Shown one piece after another: positions 1-7,013 of a stretch of 10,612 nucleotides of DNA (the stretch's first letter is position 1; the number at the start of each line of letters is the position of its first letter). The notes under the pieces are model-generated. The model was not told the DNA's origin. It was given only the letters and a program-made list of their open reading frames with translations, and ran no database searches. The stretch lies in the IMG/VR virus record IMGVR_UViG_3300029656_000140; one strand, given 5' to 3'. Position numbers and translations under genes: made by a program. The stretch is from a virus (taxonomy: Duplodnaviria > Heunggongvirae > Uroviricota > Caudoviricetes).

Positions 1-1827
1 GCCTTCCATCCGGGCCATTGCTTCTGCCAGAATGTCACGGGCGATGGCCTGGGTTGCGTTCTCCACCAGCCGGCCGGAGTAGGTTTCCTGCCTGGCCCAT
101 TTGTGGTTTTGCCCCACTCCTTCATAGGTCAGGCTCATCCTTCCGAAGCGGTTCGGCTGCAGTCTCGGCTTCAGATACGCCAGCTTTCTTCCAGAAGGAA
201 GCAGCATCCAAAGCGTACCGGAATAAAACTCAAATGCCAGCTTGCCGATCTCCTGTCGCTTTCCGGTCTTGAATGCCTGCGTTGCCGCCTTTTCCACATC
301 CCACCAATACTGGACGATCTTTGGATTGGCTTCCCGCCAGGAATCGATGATCTCCGGCAATTCCTCTTCTTTCAGACCCATCTGCAGAGCGCCCATGCTA
401 ATGAGTGCGCCGGAAGAACCGCCATAGCCGCAGGCCAGCTCTGCCACCTTTCCTTTCTGCCGAAGTTCCCCGTTGATGCCATGCTTCACCACCGGCACAT
501 GAAACATCTGGCTGGCAGAGGCACAGTAGATGTCCTTCCCTTCCAGAAAGGCTTCCAGCCGCCAGTCCTCCCCGGCTTCCCATGCAAGCACGCGGGCTTC
601 AATGGCGGAGAAGTCGGCCACGATGAACTCACAGCCTTCTTTTGGAATCAGCATGGTTCGGATCAGCTGTGAAAGCACATCCGGGGTGTTGCCGTAGATG
701 GTCTCGACCATATCAAAGCATCCCAGCTTCACCAGTTCCCTCGCCTCATCCAGCGTGGAAATATGGTTCTGCGGCAGATTCTGCAACTGGATATTCCGGC
801 CGGAATACCGACCCGTGCGGCTGGCCCCATAGAACTGGAACAGTCCTCTGGCTCTGCCATCTGAGCAGACACAGCGTTCTGCCGCCTGGTATTTCTTCAC
901 AGAGCTTTTTGCCATCTGGAGCCGGAGCTTCAGCATGTCCATTGCCTCAGCATCCACTCCGTTCTTGTCCAGTTCATCGATCATCTGTGCTACATCCTTT
1001 TTTCCGAGCGTGTCCATCGGGATGCCCCGTTCATCCAGCCATGACTTCAGCTGTGACACAGAGTTGGGATTCTCAAGCCCGGTCAGTTCGTAGGCTTTCT
1101 TACTCATAGCGTCCGAGAGCATCAGGTCACAGGCAATGGCCTGCTGCACCAGCTCCGTGTCGATCTTTACGCCCCGGTCATTGATACGCTCATTGACCCG
1201 GTAGTGCTTCCACTCCTGCACCGGCATCGGGAATTTCTTCAGCCGTTTATAAATGTCCACCTCAGTGTTAACATCCTGAATGCAGTAATACTTAAACTTC
1301 TCCCAGTCAGAAGGGTAATGCTCCGGAAGATTCCGGGTACGCATCCCATTACTCTTCGTTGGCTTACAGGGCATGGAAAACAGCTTGATCAGCCGCTCGC
1401 CTTCCTTGTCTTTCTGCTGGCTGGTCTTCAGCACGGTGCCAACATCCTTTAGAGCCATTGGCAAAGTCAGCGATGCCGCCATAACCATCGTGCAGATCCA
1501 GCTGTCCGGCGAAAGGAACTCTCCGGGTTTTAGGTACTGTCCGGGATAGTGCCGATTCAGATGCACCGAGAAGCACACCCGTTCAAAAGACGCATTGTGG
1601 GCGATCAGGCGCACATTGCCGGACTGGAAATCCTCCAGCAGTTCTGCCGGAATAGGTTCTCCCGATGCAAGGTCTGCACACCTGGTCTCGCCAAAGCCGT
1701 CCCCTTCATCGGTTGCCCATGCTACCAGCAGGATCTCAAAGCTTGGATCTGTGGCATAGCGGTACAGGCCGCATTTTCCGATGTCCACCTCGCTGTAGGT
1801 CTCAATATCGATCAGCGTTTCTTTCAA
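1..1827 (-). CDS. Phage family A DNA polymerase with 3'-5' exonuclease domain (partial, 609 codons, C-terminus beyond the left edge)
   Basis: Hand translation from TTG at 1827 (SD AGAGGTG upstream): MKETLIDIETYSEVDIGKCGLYRY (ExoI), AHNASFERVC (ExoII), YCIQDV (ExoIII), RTGRYSGRNIQLQNLP, motif A DFSAIEARV (589-615), motif B RQKGKVAELACGYGG (418-462), TYSGRLVENATQAIARD. All motifs are in one frame. Absent from the ORF track because no stop lies in the window. Confidence 0.96.
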   Translation of the reverse strand, partial: MKETLIDIETYSEVDIGKCGLYRYATDPSFEILLVAWATDEGDGFGETRCADLASGEPIPAELLEDFQSGNVRLIAHNASFERVCFSVHLNRHYPGQYLKPGEFLSPDSWICTMVMAASLTLPMALKDVGTVLKTSQQKDKEGERLIKLFSMPCKPTKSNGMRTRNLPEHYPSDWEKFKYYCIQDVNTEVDIYKRLKKFPMPVQEWKHYRVNERINDRGVKIDTELVQQAIACDLMLSDAMSKKAYELTGLENPNSVSQLKSWLDERGIPMDTLGKKDVAQMIDELDKNGVDAEAMDMLKLRLQMAKSSVKKYQAAERCVCSDGRARGLFQFYGASRTGRYSGRNIQLQNLPQNHISTLDEARELVKLGCFDMVETIYGNTPDVLSQLIRTMLIPKEGCEFIVADFSAIEARVLAWEAGEDWRLEAFLEGKDIYCASASQMFHVPVVKHGINGELRQKGKVAELACGYGGSSGALISMGALQMGLKEEELPEIIDSWREANPKIVQYWWDVEKAATQAFKTGKRQEIGKLAFEFYSGTLWMLLPSGRKLAYLKPRLQPNRFGRMSLTYEGVGQNHKWARQETYSGRLVENATQAIARDILAEAMARMEG

Positions 1828-1849
1828 ATATCTCACCTCTATTCGATGT

Positions 1850-1882
1850 AAAAAGCCGGAGGACACTCTGGCATCCCCCGGC
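1850..1882 (-). terminator. Intrinsic terminator between the SSB and polymerase genes
   Basis: Minus strand GCCGGGGGAUGC-CAGA-GUGUCCUCCGGC-UUUUU: 12-bp stem with three G.U pairs, followed by U5. Confidence 0.75.
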
Positions 1883-1905
1883 ACGGTTACTTATCTGTAT
1901 TTCTC

Positions 1906-2490
1906 TTAGCGAAGGTAATCCGGCAGTTCCTCACCGGCATCGCCGCCCAGAACATCCTCATCGTCCAGCGTTTCAAAATCAGACTCTGCCGATGCCTTGC
2001 CGGACAGACGGTCACCATCCTTGACGAACTGTACGTTCCCCAAGCCGGCAGCCACACCGCGGTTGCCATTGGCGTTAAAAGCGTAGAAGTTCACACTGAC
2101 GTTGCAGTAGCAGCCGGAGTATACCATCATCGGGTCCGTCACAGGCTGGACATGACGGTCCACGACCTGCGGTGCATCCTTGCTGGAGGCATTCACAAAG
2201 AAATGCTCCTGATAATTCTCATCGTCCGGACGGTCGATGTCACCGTCACGCAGAGGCAGCTTCAGGTTCGGCGGGATCTTACCGCCCCACTTACGGGTCT
2301 TGCCATCCTCCTTGGCTGCCTCCACTGCCTTGTGGATCGCCAGCAGGGTCTTCTTGTCCTCCTTCGGGATCAGGCAGGAAACGGAATACTTAGCCTCGCC
2401 GCCGTTGATGCTCTTTGCTTCAAAAATGTTTGCGAAAGAGATACGGCACGGAATCACGACCTTAGTTGCACTGGAAATCTTGTTAGCCAT
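1906..2490 (-). CDS. DUF2815 family phage ssDNA-binding protein (T7 gp2.5-like), 194 aa
   Basis: RISFANIFEAKSINGGEAKYSVSCLIPK, LKLPLRDGDIDR, YSGCYCNVSVNFYAFNANGNRGVAAGLGNVQFVKDGDRL, acidic C-terminal tail; GGAGG SD; lies between DUF2800 and PolA. Confidence 0.92.
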   Translation of the reverse strand: MANKISSATKVVIPCRISFANIFEAKSINGGEAKYSVSCLIPKEDKKTLLAIHKAVEAAKEDGKTRKWGGKIPPNLKLPLRDGDIDRPDDENYQEHFFVNASSKDAPQVVDRHVQPVTDPMMVYSGCYCNVSVNFYAFNANGNRGVAAGLGNVQFVKDGDRLSGKASAESDFETLDDEDVLGGDAGEELPDYLR

Positions 2491-2535
2491 AATAAAAATC
2501 CTCCATCAATCTGTTTTTGTGTATTGCTGCTGCCC

Positions 2536-3759
2536 TCAGTCGAGGACAGCAAATTCATCTTCCGCAGTCTGCAGATCGACTGCCTCTCTGGGGTCCGAAT
2601 CCGGGACAAGTGCCAGCTTACCGGGCGACTTGACCACATACTCTCCCAGAATCTCCTGGAACTTTTTCTTCCCCATGAGCTTTTCAAAGGCTGTCAGGGA
2701 GATCAGCTCCGTCTTATAAATATCGGTATATCCGGCCTTCTCTGCCGCGGCCACCACCGATTTCGTATCAAGGAACTGTCTCTTGCTCCTGCCTTCGACC
2801 ACCTTATACCCATCCCAGCTGACACCATGATTTATGGCCTCCGAACTGACATAGGCAAAGATGGCTTCGATCCAGGATTCGATACGGTTCAGGGTCGGCA
2901 GCATCTTCTCAATGTCTGTCTTGGAAAGCAGTGGCGGGGATTTAAAGGTCGGCACGGAGGTGTCCGGGTCAAAGGATGCTGTCGCATCTGTTTCCTCGGT
3001 TTCATCCTCCAGCACGCCGGCATCCAGATCCAGAAATTCTTCTTTCACCAGAACCATCGCTTCATCGGCACAGGCTTTGCAGGAAGTTCTGGCACGGCAG
3101 AACCGGCACCAGTCCCCGGGAACCTGCTCGCCTTTTCCTTCAAAGGCCAGCTTTGCCCTCGGTCTGACATAGGTCTCTGCCCAGTCCAGCAGTTCCTCCA
3201 CACTGCATTCAAACGTTGAGATATTTTCCAGTCTCGGCTGGATAATGGTCATGGACACCTTTTTGATGCTGTACAGATATCCGTAGGCGTGGTAAGCACC
3301 CAAAGCATACAGCATCATCTGCGGATTGTGGTCACAGTTTACGAACACGCCCTTGCCGTTCTTATAGTCCATGACATAAAGCGTACCGTCTGCGATGATC
3401 ACACAGTCACCCGTACCAAATCCCTGCGGAACGAGGTAGCTGTAATCCAGCCGCTCCTCCACCATGACCAGTGGATGCGGACAGGTCTCCTTGATGCGCT
3501 CCACTGTGGAAATGATGAACTCCGCATAGATATCGGTGTTCGCTTCCATCTCCTCATCCTCATATTCAGAGGTTGGGCGCTTCACCCGTTCATGCAGATA
3601 TTTCCGCAGCTTATACTCGCCCAGCGCATGGGCGGCAGTTCCCTCCTCGGCATACACCGAGGATTCATTTGGAAAGTTCTGCTCCAGCCTTGCAGAAAGC
3701 GTACAATTCAGCCACCTCTTCGAGCTGGAAGCAGAAAGGATTGCATGTACTTCCGGCAT
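2536..3759 (-). CDS. DUF2800 family PD-(D/E)XK (Cas4-like) nuclease, 407 aa
   Basis: HAILSASSSKRWLNC, AEEGTAAH, GFGTGDC, DYKNGKG, NPQMMLYALG, IIQPR, WCRFCRARTSC (1+3 Cys); GGAGG SD. Confidence 0.92.
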   Translation of the reverse strand: MPEVHAILSASSSKRWLNCTLSARLEQNFPNESSVYAEEGTAAHALGEYKLRKYLHERVKRPTSEYEDEEMEANTDIYAEFIISTVERIKETCPHPLVMVEERLDYSYLVPQGFGTGDCVIIADGTLYVMDYKNGKGVFVNCDHNPQMMLYALGAYHAYGYLYSIKKVSMTIIQPRLENISTFECSVEELLDWAETYVRPRAKLAFEGKGEQVPGDWCRFCRARTSCKACADEAMVLVKEEFLDLDAGVLEDETEETDATASFDPDTSVPTFKSPPLLSKTDIEKMLPTLNRIESWIEAIFAYVSSEAINHGVSWDGYKVVEGRSKRQFLDTKSVVAAAEKAGYTDIYKTELISLTAFEKLMGKKKFQEILGEYVVKSPGKLALVPDSDPREAVDLQTAEDEFAVLD

Positions 3760-3770
3760 GATGACCTCCC

Positions 3771-4424
3771 TTAAATCTGGGAGACATCTGCCAGAAATGC
3801 TTCGTACTTCTCTGCAGGCAGGTCAGACAGCTGGGCCACACCGTAGGTCTTCAGAAGCTGACCAATCTTCTCGTTGTTGTCACGCTTCTTCTTGATCTTC
3901 GCCACAATGACCGCCGTGATCTCGTCCTTGGTGATCGTCACCGCAGGCGGCGTTTCCTCTTCGGCAGCAGGTGTGTCCTTGCCAGCGGTTTTATCGGACG
4001 GTGCCTCTTTCTGACCGGTATCTTCTGCCCATGGCAGCGCATCCGCATCATCCACCGGATGCTCGCTCTCTGCGGTTTCTGAACTCTCGGAGTTCACAGC
4101 TTCCTCCGCCTCGTCAGGGTCTTCTACCACAGGCACCTCTGCGGCTTCCTCGATGGCCGAAGGAGCTGTATCTTCCACCTTTTTGGTTTTCTTGACCGGC
4201 TTCTTACGGGGATGCAAAACCGATGGACCTTTCTTTTCTGTTACAGGCAGTACCGGCTGCTCTGTCACCGGAAGCTCCAGTTCATCCTCCGTCTTTGCAT
4301 CTTCTGCCAGCATATCCAGCTGCTCGGATACCCCGGCAAACATCTGCGCCAGGCCATCAAAGACTTCAACCAGACCATCCACGACCTTCTTCGGAGCATT
4401 CAAGGCATTCAGCTCGTTCATCAT
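3771..4424 (-). CDS. Phage hypothetical protein with a long acidic low-complexity linker, 217 aa
   Basis: SD AGAGGAGG; 4-nt overlap with the upstream gene stop. The C-terminal segment LLKTYGVAQLSDLPAEKYEAFLAD resembles the small proteins usually found directly upstream of DUF2800 genes. Confidence 0.8.
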   Translation of the reverse strand: MMNELNALNAPKKVVDGLVEVFDGLAQMFAGVSEQLDMLAEDAKTEDELELPVTEQPVLPVTEKKGPSVLHPRKKPVKKTKKVEDTAPSAIEEAAEVPVVEDPDEAEEAVNSESSETAESEHPVDDADALPWAEDTGQKEAPSDKTAGKDTPAAEEETPPAVTITKDEITAVIVAKIKKKRDNNEKIGQLLKTYGVAQLSDLPAEKYEAFLADVSQI

Positions 4425-4843
4425 GCGTTTTCCTCCTCTCCGGTTTCTTCCTCATCCCCCCACAGGTCATCCAGATAATCGGCCTGTGCCTTCAGAACTG
4501 CCAGAATGACCTTCTCGCACAGACCGGTTTCCTTGTGGATGTGAGCCAGCATCTCATCGAAGTCGATGTCCTCTACCGGGTCATCTGCTTCAGCATCCGG
4601 CTCCTGTCCGAAACCGTAGTTGTACGAGGTCATACGCTCATCCATGTGGAGGTGCAGGTTCTTGATGCTGAGCGAAAGGAACGGAACACCAGACGGGCGT
4701 GCCGGCATCGGCTTATCCTGCTCCTGAGTTTCCGTTTTTTCCTCTGCCTTGGCAGGAAGCGGAACCTTTACCACCTTGGCGTCCTTCAGCATCTCGCTGA
4801 TCATCTCCTCCAGAGTCATGCTCTTCTCGTTCTTATTCTCCAT
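4421..4843 (-). CDS. Acidic hypothetical protein (about 140 aa)
   Basis: Overlaps both neighbours in the operon. ATG at 4843 preferred over GTG at 4855 because GAGG lies 7 nt upstream. Confidence 0.75.
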   Translation of the reverse strand: MENKNEKSMTLEEMISEMLKDAKVVKVPLPAKAEEKTETQEQDKPMPARPSGVPFLSLSIKNLHLHMDERMTSYNYGFGQEPDAEADDPVEDIDFDEMLAHIHKETGLCEKVILAVLKAQADYLDDLWGDEEETGEEENA

Positions 4844-5381
4844 TGTCTTCCTCACTTTCTGCAGCTTCCTGCTGCTCTTTTGTTTTATCTTCCATTGGTA
4901 TGTGATACTGCTCGGAAAGCCTCTTCAAAAGCAGCTCGACCATGCGTCCCGGCTCCGGGAGATTGCAAACAGGCTTCTTCAGCTCATGTGCTCTCTTGAT
5001 CTCCGCCGCCATCCCCTCGGATATGGTTTCGCCGAACACCCACACTTCATCCGCATCTTCCAGCCATTCCATTCCAAATCGGATTCCTGTGGCACGCTCC
5101 TGCGCGTCCTCATCCTTTAAGAACTGGGTAAAATACAGATGCGGAGCCAGCGGCAGGACTCCCATCGTGGCAAGAATCCTGCAGGCTGTCTTTGCCCTCT
5201 GGATGTTTGCTTCCAGCTGTGCCTTCCTACACGGCGCATCGTTTGCTGTCGGGCGGTAGGGTGAACAGATAAAAATCTTCTTCGGTGCTGATGCCAACGG
5301 GAAACCGCCGGGCGGACGAGCCTCCTTAGAACCCTCTATCTTGGCTGTAGCACTCGCCGTATTCATGCTTTTTGCATTCAT
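4833..5381 (-). CDS. DUF4406-like / nucleoside 2-deoxyribosyltransferase-fold protein (182 aa)
   Basis: KIFICSPY, PLAPHLYFTQFL, GMEWLEDADEVWVFGETISEGMAAEIKRA motifs. Start reassigned to ATG 5381 (AGGAGG 8 nt upstream). Confidence 0.8.
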   Translation of the reverse strand: MNAKSMNTASATAKIEGSKEARPPGGFPLASAPKKIFICSPYRPTANDAPCRKAQLEANIQRAKTACRILATMGVLPLAPHLYFTQFLKDEDAQERATGIRFGMEWLEDADEVWVFGETISEGMAAEIKRAHELKKPVCNLPEPGRMVELLLKRLSEQYHIPMEDKTKEQQEAAESEEDNGE

Positions 5382-5408
5382 AGGTTTTTCCTCCTGTCGA
5401 TGTACTTG

Positions 5409-5435
5409 AAAGGTGGTCCTCTCATAAAGACCACC
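5409..5435 (-). terminator. Hairpin with a short U-tract downstream of the sigma gene (weak terminator or 5' stabiliser)
   Basis: GGUGGUCUUU-AUGA-GAGGACCACC-UUU: 10-bp stem with two G.U pairs. Confidence 0.45.
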
Positions 5436-5462
5436 GTTTTGGGGCAAAAGTTAAGTAGTTCA

Positions 5463-6212
5463 TCAAAAACTTTTTCTAATTTTTTTGAGAGCACCTTTCA
5501 TCGCATAATGAACAGCCGGCTTTGTTATCCCCAATTCCTCTGCAATCTCCTGCAGCGTCATGCCTTTATAGAAGTAAAGCTGGATCACCTCGGTCTGGCG
5601 CTCGGTGAGCCTGCTCATGGCAGCGTACAGACGACGAAGCTCCCTGTCTGCCAGCATCTCGGCATTATCTTCATCCAGAAAATCCACCATAACAGAAGCA
5701 GACCAATCAGATCCGTCACATTCCAGGGAAACATTTTCTGAATCCGCCACGCGCTTATTCAGGTTGTGCTCCATCCGACGCTCGCCTTCCATCAGCAGAC
5801 GGACACTCCACTCAACATCCTCAAATGTTTCAGCCGGGATCACCTCGTAGGTCCCATCCGTAAAGTCATATCGGTAATCGTTACAGCGATCCACCGCCAT
5901 AACGGTATGTGAGCCATCCACCTCGTACACTGCATAACCGTTCTCATAAGCCGTCAGCTTCGCACCATTTACCATTGTCTGCGCCACTGCTACCGGCTCC
6001 TTTTCCATAAGGGTCTTAAAGGTCGGGAGCTTCTTTTCCACCACGGTATCGATCTTTGTCTTCAGCTCACGCAGGGTGATATGTGCGTTCACTGCAAGAT
6101 CTGCAGCCATCTGTTCTGCCGCCTGAGCCACGTTCTTTGCTATCGGCTGGCGAACCTCCATCACACCTACGCCACCGTTGATTGCTACTGCTCCAGTCAT
6201 CATGTTCATCAT
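5463..6212 (-). CDS. Sigma-70 region 4 domain protein (phage/ICE sigma-like regulator), 249 aa
   Basis: C-terminal LYAAMSRLTERQTEVIQLYFYKGMTLQEIAEELGITKPAVHYAMKGALKKIRK is a sigma70 R4 HTH. Start reassigned to ATG 6212 (GGGGGAAAGGA 7 nt upstream). Confidence 0.88.
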   Translation of the reverse strand: MMNMMTGAVAINGGVGVMEVRQPIAKNVAQAAEQMAADLAVNAHITLRELKTKIDTVVEKKLPTFKTLMEKEPVAVAQTMVNGAKLTAYENGYAVYEVDGSHTVMAVDRCNDYRYDFTDGTYEVIPAETFEDVEWSVRLLMEGERRMEHNLNKRVADSENVSLECDGSDWSASVMVDFLDEDNAEMLADRELRRLYAAMSRLTERQTEVIQLYFYKGMTLQEIAEELGITKPAVHYAMKGALKKIRKSF

Positions 6213-6343
6213 TGTTTTGTCCTTTCCCCCGGACTTCTGGGAGGGAAGGATACCGAAGCAGGACGCAGATGAGGCACCAAACCGTCTGGCAAGGCTGTGA
6301 AACACAAAAAGCCCGATTCCAGAGACAGCAGGAATAATCCCAT
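6209..6343 (-). CDS. Putative 44-aa leader peptide (uORF) translationally coupled to the sigma gene
   Basis: GGAGG (6355-6351) 7 nt before ATG 6343; MGLFLLSLESGFLCFTALPDGLVPHLRPASVSFPPRSPGERTKQ*; its TGA (6211-6209) overlaps the sigma ATG (6212-6210) as ATGA. Confidence 0.5.
   Translation of the reverse strand: MGLFLLSLESGFLCFTALPDGLVPHLRPASVSFPPRSPGERTKQ
6220..6250 (-). promoter_or_regulatory. Hairpin sequestering the sigma gene ribosome-binding site
   Basis: UCCUUCCCUC ... GGGGG(A)AAGGA pairs across the SD immediately before ATG 6212. Confidence 0.55.
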
Positions 6344-6427
6344 TCGCATACCTCCAGCACCAGCAAATAAATCGCTGTTCTATGAGGTTCTGCTATGGTA
6401 TCCTTCGCCTGCTCTAGAATCGGGCTT
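6306..6427 (-). ncRNA. Long rod-like leader RNA structure ending in a U-tract (attenuator candidate)
   Basis: 16-bp basal stem AAGCCCGAUUCUAGAG/CUCUGGAAUCGGGCUU (one U.G, valid only on the minus strand); nested CCAU/AUGG, GCA/UGC, ACCUC/GAGGU and CAGCGA/UUGCUG; then UUUG. Confidence 0.65.
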
Positions 6428-6508
6428 ACGATATTTTTTATTGATTCAGGTCTGTCCCATCAGATTCTTTTCTTTGGCTCTGTGGGGCTTGTCCCTTGAA
6501 CTGACTCT

Positions 6509-6517
6509 ATGATAACA
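6509..6517 (-). promoter_or_regulatory. Extended -10 promoter candidate for the sigma leader
   Basis: TG-T-TATCAT on the minus strand; the -35 position (TCGGAA) is poor. Confidence 0.4.
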
Positions 6518-6545
6518 GGATGACCAAGATTTTCCGATGGTGCGC

Positions 6546-6576
6546 TTCCCACACTTATGTGGGAAATTCCCCACAT
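6546..6576. promoter_or_regulatory. Two overlapping palindromic operator-like sites
   Basis: TTCCCACA-CTTA-TGTGGGAA (6546-6565) and ATGTGGG-AAATTC-CCCACAT (6557-6576). Confidence 0.55.
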
Positions 6577-6599
6577 TTCCTCATAGCTTGAAAAATGGC

Positions 6600-6636
6600 A
6601 AAAAAAAATCCGCACAGTCATCTCTGCTGTACGGAT
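6600..6636 (-). terminator. Intrinsic terminator of the XRE gene
   Basis: AUCCGUACAG-9nt-CUGUGCGGAU followed by U8, starting at the stop codon. Confidence 0.8.
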
Positions 6637-6980
6637 CACGATGCCATCGATTGCTGTAGGAATAAGGCATCCATCATTTGATCTATCATTTTTTGATTTT
6701 CTGAATTTAGTCTTTCATATTTTTCTATATGCTGCTCGTTTTTCTCCGGAGGTTCATCCTCGTCATCGAGCAGCTGTTCCGTTGAAACATCTAATGCCTT
6801 CGCAAACCGCTTCAGCATCTTAAATCCCATCTCTCCATTTTGACCGCTCTCATATTTGGAAATCTCAGCGCGATCAATGTCTACGGCTTCGCTTAGTTTG
6901 CTCTGCGTCCATTTTTTCAGCATTCGGTACTTTTTTATGTTCTGCCCAAGGATATACTCCTCGCTATGTACATCGATCAC
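6636..6980 (-). CDS. XRE/Cro-CI family HTH transcriptional regulator (114 aa)
   Basis: LGQNIKKYRMLKKWTQSKLSEAVDIDRAEISKYESG...LKRFAKALDVSTEQLL. Start reassigned to GTG 6980 (AAGGGGG 8 nt upstream). Confidence 0.9.
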   Translation of the reverse strand: MIDVHSEEYILGQNIKKYRMLKKWTQSKLSEAVDIDRAEISKYESGQNGEMGFKMLKRFAKALDVSTEQLLDDEDEPPEKNEQHIEKYERLNSENQKMIDQMMDALFLQQSMAS

Positions 6981-7013
6981 GCCAGACACCCCCTTTCTCT
7001 TTTGCAAGGTAAT

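Noticed and set aside
398..1576. Short minus-strand ORFs 398-583 and 1364-1576 suggesting a fragmented polymerase
   Set aside because: Alternative frames; all polymerase motifs lie in a single frame from 1827 to the window edge.
2025..2038. GAACTGTACGTTC as a further SOS box
   Set aside because: Five-base spacer and located inside the SSB coding sequence.
2536..3759. Cas4-like nuclease as evidence of CRISPR-Cas
   Set aside because: No cas1/cas2 or array; the DUF2800-DUF2815-PolA context is a phage replication module.
6213..6305. N-terminal extension of the sigma ORF given in the track (likewise 5382-5447, 6981-7031 and 8776-8838 for other genes)
   Set aside because: Better SD-start pairs lie downstream; the extensions run through hairpins or promoters.
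6067..6366. 99-aa minus-strand ORF across the sigma leader
   Set aside because: No SD at its start and it overlaps the sigma CDS out of frame by about 145 nt; the 6343-6209 uORF has a proper SD and a coupled stop.
18..6512. Many plus-strand ORFs (e.g. 103-672, 642-1109, 2152-3219, 3289-3774, 4223-4999)
   Set aside because: Antisense shadows of well-supported minus-strand genes; no recognisable motifs.
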